Positions 54,693 to 64,000 of a stretch of 64,000 bases of DNA are shown one piece after another (the first letter of the stretch is position 1; the number at the start of each line of letters is the position of its first letter). The stretch spans positions 30,414-94,413 of the IMG/VR virus record IMGVR_UViG_3300037264_000690; one strand, given 5' to 3'. The stretch comes from a virus. The notes below the pieces were generated by a model, which ran no database searches, was not told the origin of the DNA, and worked only from the letters and a program-made list of their open reading frames with translations. The translations under genes and the position numbers were made by a program.

Positions 54693-55474
54693 TAAACGCG
54701 CTGCGAACACTGTTGTTGAATCGATCGGGCTCTGATAATCCAGGGTTTTCGTATCCCGGTGAAGAGTTCGTGCCACCTTTGTATGCTGCCAAAAGCCTAC
54801 CTGTTGCATTGAAACTTGTGCATCAGTGCATCTTTGGCCTCAACCCTGATCGTGCACAACTCAACTGGCGTCTACGTGAGCTATTAGCTATCCTGCACAC
54901 TACGCCAATGGTTGAATCGGTGCTCGAACTTGACCCACGGGTGACCTATGTTCCATTTGCTAGCAATCTATTCACGGAAGTCACCGCCGGACCGGTGATC
55001 GAGCCGCAAGGTGGCACGACGGCTTTGCTGTATCCTCTGGTCAATTTAGAGGATGTGGATGATCAGGTCTACTACAGTTGGAACATCACCGTTGTTAATG
55101 GCACCGATGTGTCTATCCAAGTGCTAGCTAACCCGGTGCTTATTCCGCCGCCAGTCACCTTGAATTACACCGTGTCTGGTGGCATAAGCAGCGTGGTACC
55201 ACTACCAAGTTCGCAGCATAGCATACGCTTCCAGCCAACTGTTGGCGCTCGATGGATTTTGACGCTGCTACAACCACCAGCTCGTAACCTGATGGAGATC
55301 TACGACAACCTCAAACAAGGGCTGTTGCAGGATACAGCCAACGCACTTTTCGGTGTACCGCCAGTCGAGCCGTATCTATCGTTCAAGAATCTGTGGGAGC
55401 TGAGTCCGCATCCATCTTGGCAACTCTGCGGGCCAGTGTTGGCACTTGGTTACCGGATCAATGAACTGGGGTAA
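54689..55474 (+). CDS. putative baseplate protein
   Basis: ATGA coupling; context. Confidence 0.55.
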   Translation: MINALRTLLLNRSGSDNPGFSYPGEEFVPPLYAAKSLPVALKLVHQCIFGLNPDRAQLNWRLRELLAILHTTPMVESVLELDPRVTYVPFASNLFTEVTAGPVIEPQGGTTALLYPLVNLEDVDDQVYYSWNITVVNGTDVSIQVLANPVLIPPPVTLNYTVSGGISSVVPLPSSQHSIRFQPTVGARWILTLLQPPARNLMEIYDNLKQGLLQDTANALFGVPPVEPYLSFKNLWELSPHPSWQLCGPVLALGYRINELG

Positions 55475-55476
55475 CC

Positions 55477-57114
55477 ATGGCGCTTACCAATTTTAGCGTG
55501 AACAAGATTCGGCTCTGGGCCGTCGTCAACGGCGTAGAGATCGAGCTGACGCGCGTTGAGATTGAACAACCATTGAGCGGCATCCCTCGATCTACGTTAG
55601 TGTGTGCGATTGGTCGAGAGGTGAAGACCAAGTCGCTAGCCCCTGCACCTATCCATGGCATATATGATCAGCTCAAGGTCAACGTACCCATTGTTGTTTG
55701 GTGTGAGGCTTTTGAAGCAGCGAACTCCGGTTTCTCTGGTGGTATCTGGCCAGCTGGTCCGTTCATCTGCTTTTTGGGTGTTATCGTCGGTGTTGGCTAT
55801 CGTAAGGCTCGCAGCGGTGCAGCTAACCTCACACTTAGCTGTCGGCACTTCACTGTCGACTTAGAGTTCTCGTGGTCACCGAACAAGAAGACCCATCCGC
55901 TTAACATGGGTAACTTCCACAATGAAGCTGGCATCAAGATGGCAGGTGGCATTCACTTCCTTATCAGCACGCTGGCGGAGAAGTATTTCACCCGTGACAA
56001 CGTCATTTCTGATTACTGGGCCAAGTCGCTACAGCCGTGGTTGGTGGACATCTGTAGCCAAAAGCAGATCTTCGAGGGTGAAGCTAGCGATGCCGGTAAT
56101 GCTGATGCTATTAGCGCGTTGAATCTATTTGAGCCATTCATCGCCGGTGGTTATAAATTCGGAGTGCCGATGACGATGTCCAATTTCGACATCCTCGGTA
56201 CTCGACCCGGTATTGATGCTGTTGTCACAGATGCTTCAAATGAGGGGCTGCGGTCATTTATTGGCAGCACGATCTGGGAGAAGATCGTCAGCGACTATGG
56301 CTCTCGCTACTTGTTCTCTATCTGCCCAATGGCAACTCGTGCTTTGGTGGTTCCTGTTATTCCAGGTTTGAAGACGCTGTGGACTACTATCGATCCGGTA
56401 GATTATGACTCTGTTGCGCTAAGCAACTTCCTGCCTCGGCCACTTCGTGGAGTGATACTAGAGACAGGTGCCAACTCATTGACTGGGGCCTGGGGACTAC
56501 TGCGAGGGCGAGGGCTTGACATCAACTCCATCGGTGGTCGTTTCGAGAATAACAACATGGATAAAGGCATGATATTCTTCCGCGAGGCGCCACAGTGGAT
56601 TGCTAACGGTGTCTCGCAGATGGCCTGGGCTCACAACGCTGCTCTGCTGCTTCATGGCAATGCGTTTGCTGGTGCTGTCGGTGCGGTGCCTCCACTACCT
56701 GATCCAAAGGTCTTGCGCAGAATGTGCAAGGTTCTGTGGGATGAGTATGCTAAGGCGATTTATCTTTACGAGGTATTCAAGACACGACGAGGTACGGTCA
56801 CTGGCAAGATTCGCTTTGATATTGCCCCTGGTTCCTCGGTTGGGCTGATTACAACTGAAGAGAAATTTGTGGCTGCGAGCGGTGTCAACCTTGGCTCGCA
56901 GATTCTCTTCGGGATCGTTACGAACGTGACGATTATGATCGATTCAGAGGCAGTGCAGGGCTATACCGCCTTCGAGATCAGCTATCTGCGAGATGAGATA
57001 GAGAATCTAGACCCTAACCTCACGACTGATAAACATCCACTGTGGTCGAAGCCGTGGGCTGGCGCACCGCTAGTTGAGCAGTTTGGTGGTCCTACGCCGC
57101 CGCCGGGTGTGTAA
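55477..57114 (+). CDS. putative baseplate hub protein
   Basis: R.GTV.GKIRFDIAPGS.V C-terminal hub-like motif; context. Confidence 0.5.
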   Translation: MALTNFSVNKIRLWAVVNGVEIELTRVEIEQPLSGIPRSTLVCAIGREVKTKSLAPAPIHGIYDQLKVNVPIVVWCEAFEAANSGFSGGIWPAGPFICFLGVIVGVGYRKARSGAANLTLSCRHFTVDLEFSWSPNKKTHPLNMGNFHNEAGIKMAGGIHFLISTLAEKYFTRDNVISDYWAKSLQPWLVDICSQKQIFEGEASDAGNADAISALNLFEPFIAGGYKFGVPMTMSNFDILGTRPGIDAVVTDASNEGLRSFIGSTIWEKIVSDYGSRYLFSICPMATRALVVPVIPGLKTLWTTIDPVDYDSVALSNFLPRPLRGVILETGANSLTGAWGLLRGRGLDINSIGGRFENNNMDKGMIFFREAPQWIANGVSQMAWAHNAALLLHGNAFAGAVGAVPPLPDPKVLRRMCKVLWDEYAKAIYLYEVFKTRRGTVTGKIRFDIAPGSSVGLITTEEKFVAASGVNLGSQILFGIVTNVTIMIDSEAVQGYTAFEISYLRDEIENLDPNLTTDKHPLWSKPWAGAPLVEQFGGPTPPPGV

Positions 57115-57134
57115 AAAAATACTGGAGGCTAACG

Positions 57135-57935
57135 ATGTCTAGCATTCTCAAGCAGGTTCCTATGACTCCGCCAGCTTCGGCTGCGCCAATCCAGGAACCA
57201 CAGACCATGTTAGAGGATGAGTTCACCGAACCATACAAGGCATGGAAGGCTGCGCCTGGACCAGCCACCATGACGCCGCTACTCAAGTCGCTCAATCCAG
57301 TGATCGACTCAGCCATGCGAACCTACGCTGGCAAGGGCAGCCCAACGTTGCGTAGCCGTGCTAAGCTAATCATGGCCGACGCGATTAACAAGTACGATCC
57401 ATCGAGGGGAAAGCTGCGGACACATCTAATGTACAACCTTCAGGGCCTTCGTCGCGCTAACGCACAGGAGAATCAGATCATTACGTTGCCAGAACGGGTA
57501 GCTATCGATCTGTATCACTTGAAGCAGCACGAGGGTAACCTTCGTGATGAGCTTGGCCGTGATCCTTCAATGAATGAGCTTGCTGATCGTAGTGGCTTAT
57601 CCAGGCGTCGCATTAGCTATATTAATAAGTCACAACCAGGATTGCCTGAAGGCATGTTGTCGTCAGAGGGTAATGCTGGTGAAGAACAGGTTGCACTGGG
57701 GCCAGCCGTTCAGCAAGCTGATGCCGAGCGTGTGTGGCATGAGTACATCTACCATGACCTGCAGCCGGCTGATCAAATTATCATGGAGCACACACTTGGC
57801 TTATTTGGTAAGCCAACGCTACCCAAGAAGCAGATTGCGGTGATGCTGGGCATATCATCTGGAGCGGTTACACAGCGAGCCGCCAAGATTCAGGAGAAGA
57901 TTGACCGTCGTGAAGAACTGAGTCCGATGACATAA
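57135..57935 (+). CDS. sigma70-family RNA polymerase sigma factor
   Basis: region 2 AINKYDPSRG.KL.TH, region 3 ELGRDPS..ELAD..G, region 4 HTH IAVMLGISSGAVTQ. Confidence 0.8.
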   Translation: MSSILKQVPMTPPASAAPIQEPQTMLEDEFTEPYKAWKAAPGPATMTPLLKSLNPVIDSAMRTYAGKGSPTLRSRAKLIMADAINKYDPSRGKLRTHLMYNLQGLRRANAQENQIITLPERVAIDLYHLKQHEGNLRDELGRDPSMNELADRSGLSRRRISYINKSQPGLPEGMLSSEGNAGEEQVALGPAVQQADAERVWHEYIYHDLQPADQIIMEHTLGLFGKPTLPKKQIAVMLGISSGAVTQRAAKIQEKIDRREELSPMT

Positions 57936-57943
57936 GGTGAACT

Positions 57944-58378
57944 ATGGGCGCCCCTACTATCATCCATACGGTTTTCGCTAACAATGTCGCCAACCAACAG
58001 GCGGTTTCGGACAAGGTCCATAAAGGCAATACTGATCTATCACAACGGATCTGGCGGATTCCACCAAGTTGGGCAGGTGATCCACTGGACATACCGTTGT
58101 TCAGCGTTCCGTTCACTCGACTGACCATCAACGAAGACTACATGCTCACGTTTCAGAGTGAGGATGGGCGTGAAGCTGATGCCATGGCTGCAAAGTTGCA
58201 GGGTGATCACGTCTCATCACAGGAGCGGGCATTCCGTTACCGACATGCTGGGCATATTCGCTGTGTCATGCATGGGGCTAACCGACGGAGGGGCCACGCG
58301 ATGGCTGGTTCTGGTATTCACGCTCGTATCGTGGAGCATGTTCAGGATGTGATCGTGTCCCGCAACGCGGGAGGGTAA
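57944..58378 (+). CDS. hypothetical protein
   Basis: AAGGT RBS; packing. Confidence 0.6.
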   Translation: MGAPTIIHTVFANNVANQQAVSDKVHKGNTDLSQRIWRIPPSWAGDPLDIPLFSVPFTRLTINEDYMLTFQSEDGREADAMAAKLQGDHVSSQERAFRYRHAGHIRCVMHGANRRRGHAMAGSGIHARIVEHVQDVIVSRNAGG

Positions 58379-58379
58379 A

Positions 58380-58823
58380 ATGGCGTCACTGATTGACATC
58401 AAGGCTTTCCACATTCAATCCGATGGTCAAGTCGTGCAGGCATTAGCCAACGAGGAGACTGCCGGTGAGACTGTAGATGGTGCCACCAAGCTGACGCAGA
58501 AGTTCTGGATTCTGCTCATGGAACAGAAGGGCTCAGTGCCGTATTTACCGGCACAGGGCACAATCTTTATGAATCGATTCCTGACTGGTCAGTTCGTTGA
58601 CGATGCCGACGTCTTCGTTAATTTCTCAGCTGCCATGGTCGATATTCGACCACAACTGGAAAACACGGAAACAGTCGATGATCCACCCGATGAGCAGTAC
58701 GTTCGTGGCGTGATTGAGAAAATCTTCATTACACCAGACGAGATTCTGGTACAGGCCAGGGTTGAAACTCAAGAGAGCGAAGGAATGACCTTCTTGCTAC
58801 CTCTGAGATTCCTGGTTCGATAA
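58380..58823 (+). CDS. gp25-like baseplate wedge/sheath initiator
   Basis: G..KL.QKF..LL....GS.P..P..GT; precedes the J-like gene. Confidence 0.6.
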   Translation: MASLIDIKAFHIQSDGQVVQALANEETAGETVDGATKLTQKFWILLMEQKGSVPYLPAQGTIFMNRFLTGQFVDDADVFVNFSAAMVDIRPQLENTETVDDPPDEQYVRGVIEKIFITPDEILVQARVETQESEGMTFLLPLRFLVR

Positions 58824-58832
58824 GAGGAAGCT

Positions 58833-60491
58833 ATGCCTATCACAGTTCAAGACTTGGATGATCTGGACCCCACGCTGGTAACTCAGTTTGATGCTGCGCT
58901 AACAGCGATTGTCCAGGAAGACAACCCAACGTTCGAGCTGCGCGCCGGCGTGCTGCATGACATGCTGATTCACGTCAAGGCTCAGCTTGACGCTGCGACG
59001 CAGACCAACATCAACCTGGTACGACAGTCCAATAGCCTTCAGGCCATCGAAGAAAATCCCGACTTGGCTGACACCGAGGTCGTGGACCAGATGCTCTCCA
59101 ACTACAACATCGTCCGCAATCCCGGTGAGCAGGCTAGCGGCCCAGTCACCTTCGTCCTCGATACCATGATTGGCGTCGTAATCCCTAATACGATGGTGCT
59201 GACCATCAACGGCCTGGAGTTCAACCCAGACATCACTTACGCTGCTCGTACATCCTCGCTGTCAATCATTACTGACTCAGATACGCTGATCTACCAGATT
59301 GGTCCAAGTCTGTGGGCCTTCGATATCAATGTGACAGCTGTAGAGCTTGGCTCTGCTGGTAACGCGGCGCGTGCTGTTACTGCTACACCTGATGTGGAGC
59401 CTCCGCACTTCGTCAAGGCATATGTCAAGAGCGACTTCACCGGCGGTGTTGACGCAGACACCAACCAGACGTTGATCGATAAGCTGGAGTCTGGCTTGGC
59501 CGTGAAGGCGTGGTCTAATCGGCCAAGCATCCTGGGTCTGCTGCGTGAGCAGACTGACTTCGCCGACATCCTGTACATCAGCAGCATTGGCTTCGGCGAC
59601 CCGGAAATGGCTCGTGATCAGCATGCAGTCTGGCCTGGACATATGGGCGGTCGTTCCGACTTGTACCTACAGAGCCAGCCGCTCTACCAGAACCTCACGG
59701 TGCTTAAAACAGCCACTCTGATCTCCAAGGTGGGTCCGCTGGGCACTTGGCAGGCCGGTCTGGCTATTGATGAAGCCCCTGGCTTCTATCAAGTCGATCG
59801 TGTGCTGCTGCCGGACGTAGATCAGTCAACCCCCGGCTTCCCGGCATCGAGCGATGTACGATCCATCGACTTGATCTCACCGCCATCAGACACCTTGCTG
59901 CCGCCTGACATCATCACCGTACCTGAAGGTACGTATAGTCGATACCAGGCTGTCGTTATTCGATGGGCGGACACGATTACCGATGCCACACCTCTGGCCA
60001 TTGGTGCCACCAATGACTACAACGTGGTGGTGCGGATCATGCCGTTGATTGCTGAGATCCAGGACTTCCTGAACGGTCGTGAACAACGGCCGCCTATGTG
60101 CGATGTGCTGGTGCGTGGGGCCGTGCCGTGCTTCACCACGGTAGCCTTCACGGTCAATTACAAGAAGAATACCCCAGCGCCAAGCATCTCCGAGATTCAG
60201 ACGGCAGTTGCTAATGCCGTCAACAACATGGGCTTCACAGGTGAGCTGCCTCGGTCGTTCATCGACCAGGTGCTGCACGAAATGCTTAATAATCTGGTGT
60301 CGGTGGTGAATTACACCCTGTCTGGAACTATTCGTCAGCCGGACGGTATCAACGTCTTCATCACTGATCCACAGAAGCTCGTCATCCCCAGTGATCCGGT
60401 CAACACAGTAACTGGTCGGACAACCATCTTCTTTTTGAAGCCAGATGACATCACGGTTACATTAGTTGCTGTTGATGTGCCAGTAGTTTGA
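58833..60491 (+). CDS. baseplate J-like wedge protein
   Basis: R.PG..ASG.V.F, V.A.E.GSAGN, FTGG.D..T...L motifs. Confidence 0.75.
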   Translation: MPITVQDLDDLDPTLVTQFDAALTAIVQEDNPTFELRAGVLHDMLIHVKAQLDAATQTNINLVRQSNSLQAIEENPDLADTEVVDQMLSNYNIVRNPGEQASGPVTFVLDTMIGVVIPNTMVLTINGLEFNPDITYAARTSSLSIITDSDTLIYQIGPSLWAFDINVTAVELGSAGNAARAVTATPDVEPPHFVKAYVKSDFTGGVDADTNQTLIDKLESGLAVKAWSNRPSILGLLREQTDFADILYISSIGFGDPEMARDQHAVWPGHMGGRSDLYLQSQPLYQNLTVLKTATLISKVGPLGTWQAGLAIDEAPGFYQVDRVLLPDVDQSTPGFPASSDVRSIDLISPPSDTLLPPDIITVPEGTYSRYQAVVIRWADTITDATPLAIGATNDYNVVVRIMPLIAEIQDFLNGREQRPPMCDVLVRGAVPCFTTVAFTVNYKKNTPAPSISEIQTAVANAVNNMGFTGELPRSFIDQVLHEMLNNLVSVVNYTLSGTIRQPDGINVFITDPQKLVIPSDPVNTVTGRTTIFFLKPDDITVTLVAVDVPVV

Positions 60492-60497
60492 TATAAT
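60489..60497 (+). promoter_or_regulatory. candidate extended -10 promoter for the envelope/protease cluster
   Basis: TGATATAAT at the baseplate J stop codon. Confidence 0.5.
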
Positions 60498-60526
60498 TAG
60501 TCGTCGCCTCACCAAGGGAGCTTACC

Positions 60527-61354
60527 ATGAAGAATTGGCCACGAGGGGCAGTGCTGACTGCTGGTGTTGTGCTGCTGCTAGTAGCTGGAGCTGGTACCTG
60601 CACGAAGTATATCGGCCAAAACTGGTTTCCACCAACTCCGCCTGAGCCAAGGCCGAGCCCTAATCCGCGACCCGAGCCCTCAGACATATGGAAGTCGCTT
60701 GACTCTCCATCGTCTAACGTGCTCCAGGGTGTGCTGGTGTTGCCACCACCCATGGAGGTCAGTTCGAGCCGTCGCTTTGTGCCCATCGTGGCCAAGTGTG
60801 ACAATGAGGTCAAATGGCTGGTGAGTAGTCAGGCATCGCATCAAGTCGATGTACTGGAGAGTCGGGAGACCAACTCCATCATGGTCTTCCCGAAGCCCAA
60901 CCTCGACGACATGATCGTGGTGCTGGCCTACACCTCTAAGGAAGGCAAGCCGACCAACGCGGTCATCACCTTCATTGCTGTGAAGACTGACCGGCCGCCG
61001 CCTGGACCGACGCCACCCTCGCCAGACCCGCCAGTACCGGGTGCTATCACCAAGCTGCACGTCACCTTCCTATTGGACTACACCAAGCAGACTCGTGCGA
61101 TCTCTGACATCGTCAATAGCAAGGAATTACGACAGTGGCTGAAGGAGCGAGGACATGAGACGCACGAGCTGAGCGTTCGTGATAACCTCAAAGCCCTTGG
61201 CTTAGATGAACACGTCAAAGGCAAGACACCGCCGCTCTTGATCTTGCAGACGGCTGGTGAGTCGAACGTGCCGGAGGGCCAGGTGCTTTTCGTCGGCAAT
61301 CTGGCTTCAGTGCAGACGGTAAAAGATAGCGTCACCAAGATCACCGGCAAGTAA
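60527..61354 (+). CDS. exported/membrane-anchored Pro-linker protein
   Basis: N-terminal hydrophobic anchor (possible lipoprotein Cys), two Pro-rich linkers, thioredoxin-like C-terminus lacking CxxC. Confidence 0.65.
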   Translation: MKNWPRGAVLTAGVVLLLVAGAGTCTKYIGQNWFPPTPPEPRPSPNPRPEPSDIWKSLDSPSSNVLQGVLVLPPPMEVSSSRRFVPIVAKCDNEVKWLVSSQASHQVDVLESRETNSIMVFPKPNLDDMIVVLAYTSKEGKPTNAVITFIAVKTDRPPPGPTPPSPDPPVPGAITKLHVTFLLDYTKQTRAISDIVNSKELRQWLKERGHETHELSVRDNLKALGLDEHVKGKTPPLLILQTAGESNVPEGQVLFVGNLASVQTVKDSVTKITGK

Positions 61355-61364
61355 GGAGCTGGCG

Positions 61365-62372
61365 ATGGCTGTTCGATACATTGACGGCGTTCCGTGCATT
61401 GACGGCGGCGGTGAAATCCGCAAGCTCGCTGCTATGCCGCCACCGCCGCAAATGCTGGCCACGGCGAAGCAGTATACAGCCGACTACATGGCACCCGACC
61501 CGTCGACCTGGGCGGACTTCGACTTCGCTGACATTCTGACACTCATCATTCGCAACCAGAGCCAGTACGGCTCTTGTACAGGACACGCTGGTGTTACCGC
61601 TACGGACATCATCCTGCGGAAGATCGGCAGCGACGTACCGTTGTTGTCCTGCACCTTCCCATATGCGCAGGTGAATGGTGGTCGTGATAACGGTGCCAGC
61701 GTCAGCTCGATCCTCAAGGTGCTGACGCAGTTGGGCACCTGCACGCACGCTGAATGTGGCACGGATCAGATCTACAAGCAGCAGATCCCGCAGAGTGCCT
61801 ACGCGACCGCCAAGAAGTATCAGGTCACCGAAGCTTTCCTATGTCGGACTTACAATGAGATCGTCGATGCCATCAACCGTGGCTTCCCGGTCCCGCTAGG
61901 CATTCAGGTTGGTAACAACTTCAGTCGACTTGATAATAACGGTATTGCACCGCTGCCAGACATGGCGATCGGTGGCCATGCTTTGTGCGGCATTGGCATC
62001 AAGCAGTATCGAGGCGAATGGCTCGTTAAGGTGCAGAACAGCTGGGATACGCGCTGGGGCATGAAGGGCTGCTGCTATCTGACTCGCAGCCACTTCATCC
62101 ACATGATTGATGCCTACGCCATCATGTATGGCGACAACCTTAACCCACCACCAATTGCAAAAGCAGAAGAGAAGGTAACGCTACCAGAACTCGTATTACA
62201 GGAGGTAGTACCGCAAGCTCCTGAATCACAAGAAGTCACAGAGGAGAACTCACTCCTGGCTCAGTTCCAGGAATCTGAACAAGAGTTGGATGCAGGTACT
62301 CCTGGCTTAACTCACACAGACCCCGATGGTCTCATGGAGACCACTGGTAAGAAGAAACGTCACAAGCATTGA
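61365..62372 (+). CDS. papain-like (C1A) cysteine peptidase
   Basis: NQSQYGSC (Gln/Cys), GGHAL (His), QNSW..RWG..G (Asn). Confidence 0.88.
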   Translation: MAVRYIDGVPCIDGGGEIRKLAAMPPPPQMLATAKQYTADYMAPDPSTWADFDFADILTLIIRNQSQYGSCTGHAGVTATDIILRKIGSDVPLLSCTFPYAQVNGGRDNGASVSSILKVLTQLGTCTHAECGTDQIYKQQIPQSAYATAKKYQVTEAFLCRTYNEIVDAINRGFPVPLGIQVGNNFSRLDNNGIAPLPDMAIGGHALCGIGIKQYRGEWLVKVQNSWDTRWGMKGCCYLTRSHFIHMIDAYAIMYGDNLNPPPIAKAEEKVTLPELVLQEVVPQAPESQEVTEENSLLAQFQESEQELDAGTPGLTHTDPDGLMETTGKKKRHKH

Positions 62373-62379
62373 GGTGAAC

Positions 62380-62802
62380 ATGGCACGACCAAAGAAGCTC
62401 GTTCTCAAGGTTCCCAGCAAGGCAGCCCTTGTAAAGCAGGGTGCCACGCTTGGGCTCGATAACGCTCTGATCACCAAGCTGATCGGGCTGTTCGGACCAA
62501 AACTATTGGCACTGATCTTGAAGTGGCTAGCCGACAAACAGAAGCTTGGCGGTCTTTTCGACGGCGACTTGCTGCGTAAGATCGTCATTGACTTCATCGT
62601 CAATAGCCGCGACGAGGTGCTGGAGTGGGTTGAGACAGGCGAAGATGCCCTCTATGACGCCCTCACAGCACTGGTGGCCTCACGTGGCGCTGGACTGGCA
62701 CTGCTGCTCGCGCAGTACAAGGACAAGATCACCAGCCTCGACGACAGCATCACAGCGGAAGTCCTCGATCGTGTCATCGAGACACTGAAGAACGTCGACT
62801 GA
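62380..62802 (+). CDS. hypothetical amphipathic helical protein
   Basis: GAGGT RBS; Leu-rich helices. Confidence 0.6.
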   Translation: MARPKKLVLKVPSKAALVKQGATLGLDNALITKLIGLFGPKLLALILKWLADKQKLGGLFDGDLLRKIVIDFIVNSRDEVLEWVETGEDALYDALTALVASRGAGLALLLAQYKDKITSLDDSITAEVLDRVIETLKNVD

Positions 62803-62826
62803 TCGCCTGTGATTGTGGAGCAAGTT

Positions 62827-64000
62827 ATGCGCATGATGCGCGCCATACTGTGTGTCGCAACTGCCGTCAGTTTGTATCTCACACTGGCGGCAGTTGCTGC
62901 GCCTCCAGCCACACCTGCAGCTCGCGCACGCGGTAGATTTCCAGTAAGCAAGATCGAAGGTGTCTTGCAGACTCACAGTGAGGCAGTGGAGGTTGCTGAT
63001 GTTGACTCAGCTATATTAGCCAAGACCGTAAGTCCGGAAGAGCTGTACTACATCCGCTACCTCGACATGCACAACATTCCTGTCTCACAGCGTGGGGTCT
63101 ATTGGGGTGTCACCTCTGTGATCCTGAATGGCTTCGCCAAGAGCCGTACAACCATAATCCGTCCAGCCTATGGTGGCCCAGAGAACATACTAATACGCAT
63201 TAACCTGTTTGACTACGGCATCGACCCCGCTGCTTGGGACCGACTTGCCGTCAAGGACCCCTACTTCCATCAGATCATTCTTCAGACTGATGTCATCACT
63301 AAGCAAGTGCAGACGAACGAGCTAGAGTGGTATCAGACCGGTCTGTACTATGGTGGTGATATCAACAAGCCGGAATGGAAGCAGCGCTATAAGGTTATTG
63401 CAGTGGTTGAAACCACCAGGCCAATCAAGAAGCAGGTTCAGGCTGCCTGGCTCAACAAAGATGCCGCAGGCAGGTTGGGTGTTCGACTCAAGACTAACTT
63501 TCCAATCCTGCGAGCAGATTGGTTTATTACCAACGTCACTCTAGAACCACACTACTCGGATTTTCTCGGCATCAAGACGCTCGATCAGCTCAAGGAACAC
63601 GGAGCATTTGATAAGCGAGCTGATGTCACCGAGGTCAAGGCCACCATCGTGACTTCTGGTTCTGATGGACTGTGTGCTCGTGTAGCTCGCCACAACCGTG
63701 TGCTGGCACGACGACAAACCATCTATGGTGATTGGTGGGAGACGTTCGACTTCAAGACTTCGATTGGTGATCAGAACGTCATCTTGAACTTCATTGCTGC
63801 GATCAAGGAAGCTGGTAGCAGGAAGCTCAAGCGTGATGCTGGCGAGTACATTGTGCGAGCACCTAATGGCTTGCAGTGGTATTTACTGGTCGACGGCGAA
63901 GACAAGACGGTTCCTGAAGGTGACATCAAGATCGTTACTGACACCATGGCACAGGACGCCATTGTGAGAAATGGCCGTAGCTGTATGTGGTGCCACACAG
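62827..64000 (+). CDS. exported c-type-heme (CxxCH) protein, runs off the window end
   Basis: not in the ORF track; my translation is open from ATG 62827: signal peptide, LRADWF, RHNRV, WETFDF, DAGE.I...PNGLQ, VRNGRSCMWCH (63982-63996). Confidence 0.75.
   Translation, partial: MRMMRAILCVATAVSLYLTLAAVAAPPATPAARARGRFPVSKIEGVLQTHSEAVEVADVDSAILAKTVSPEELYYIRYLDMHNIPVSQRGVYWGVTSVILNGFAKSRTTIIRPAYGGPENILIRINLFDYGIDPAAWDRLAVKDPYFHQIILQTDVITKQVQTNELEWYQTGLYYGGDINKPEWKQRYKVIAVVETTRPIKKQVQAAWLNKDAAGRLGVRLKTNFPILRADWFITNVTLEPHYSDFLGIKTLDQLKEHGAFDKRADVTEVKATIVTSGSDGLCARVARHNRVLARRQTIYGDWWETFDFKTSIGDQNVILNFIAAIKEAGSRKLKRDAGEYIVRAPNGLQWYLLVDGEDKTVPEGDIKIVTDTMAQDAIVRNGRSCMWCHT

Noticed and set aside
1-64000. 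CRISPR array, stop-codon reassignment, reverse transcriptase/DGR, integrase
   Set aside because: No repeat-spacer array or relevant motifs seen by eye; long genes are intact in the standard code and end in TAA, TAG and TGA

Overview
This window is a 64 kb segment of a large contractile-tailed (myovirus-like) dsDNA phage genome. Every credible gene is on the + strand and reads in the standard code. The left part (1-26 kb) is enzymes and accessory genes: an SF2 helicase, a LigD-like phosphoesterase-ligase, a MoxR AAA+/VWA-metallopeptidase module, a secreted trypsin-like protease, endonuclease VII and HNH nucleases, tRNA-Asn, and a tRNA-like RNA whose anticodon loop is replaced by a 105-nt folded domain. 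It also holds a multi-subunit RNA polymerase with unusual architecture: beta fused to the N-half of beta' with an intein in the Rif pocket, and the C-half of beta' in a separate gene; both beta' Zn sites appear lost. The middle (26-44 kb) is head and neck genes, including a probable prohead protease and major capsid protein. Many head-region proteins are strongly enriched in a K-x-A motif, which I infer is a maturation-protease site. The right part (44-60 kb) is tail sheath, tube, chaperones with a G-GAT-TTT -1 slippery site, a short tape measure, baseplate genes and a sigma70-family factor. The end (60.5-64 kb) is an envelope-directed cluster with a papain-like protease and a truncated CxxCH heme-c protein, suggesting a Planctomycetota-type host. 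No portal or terminase was recognised. All calls come from motif recognition by eye; no database searches were run.
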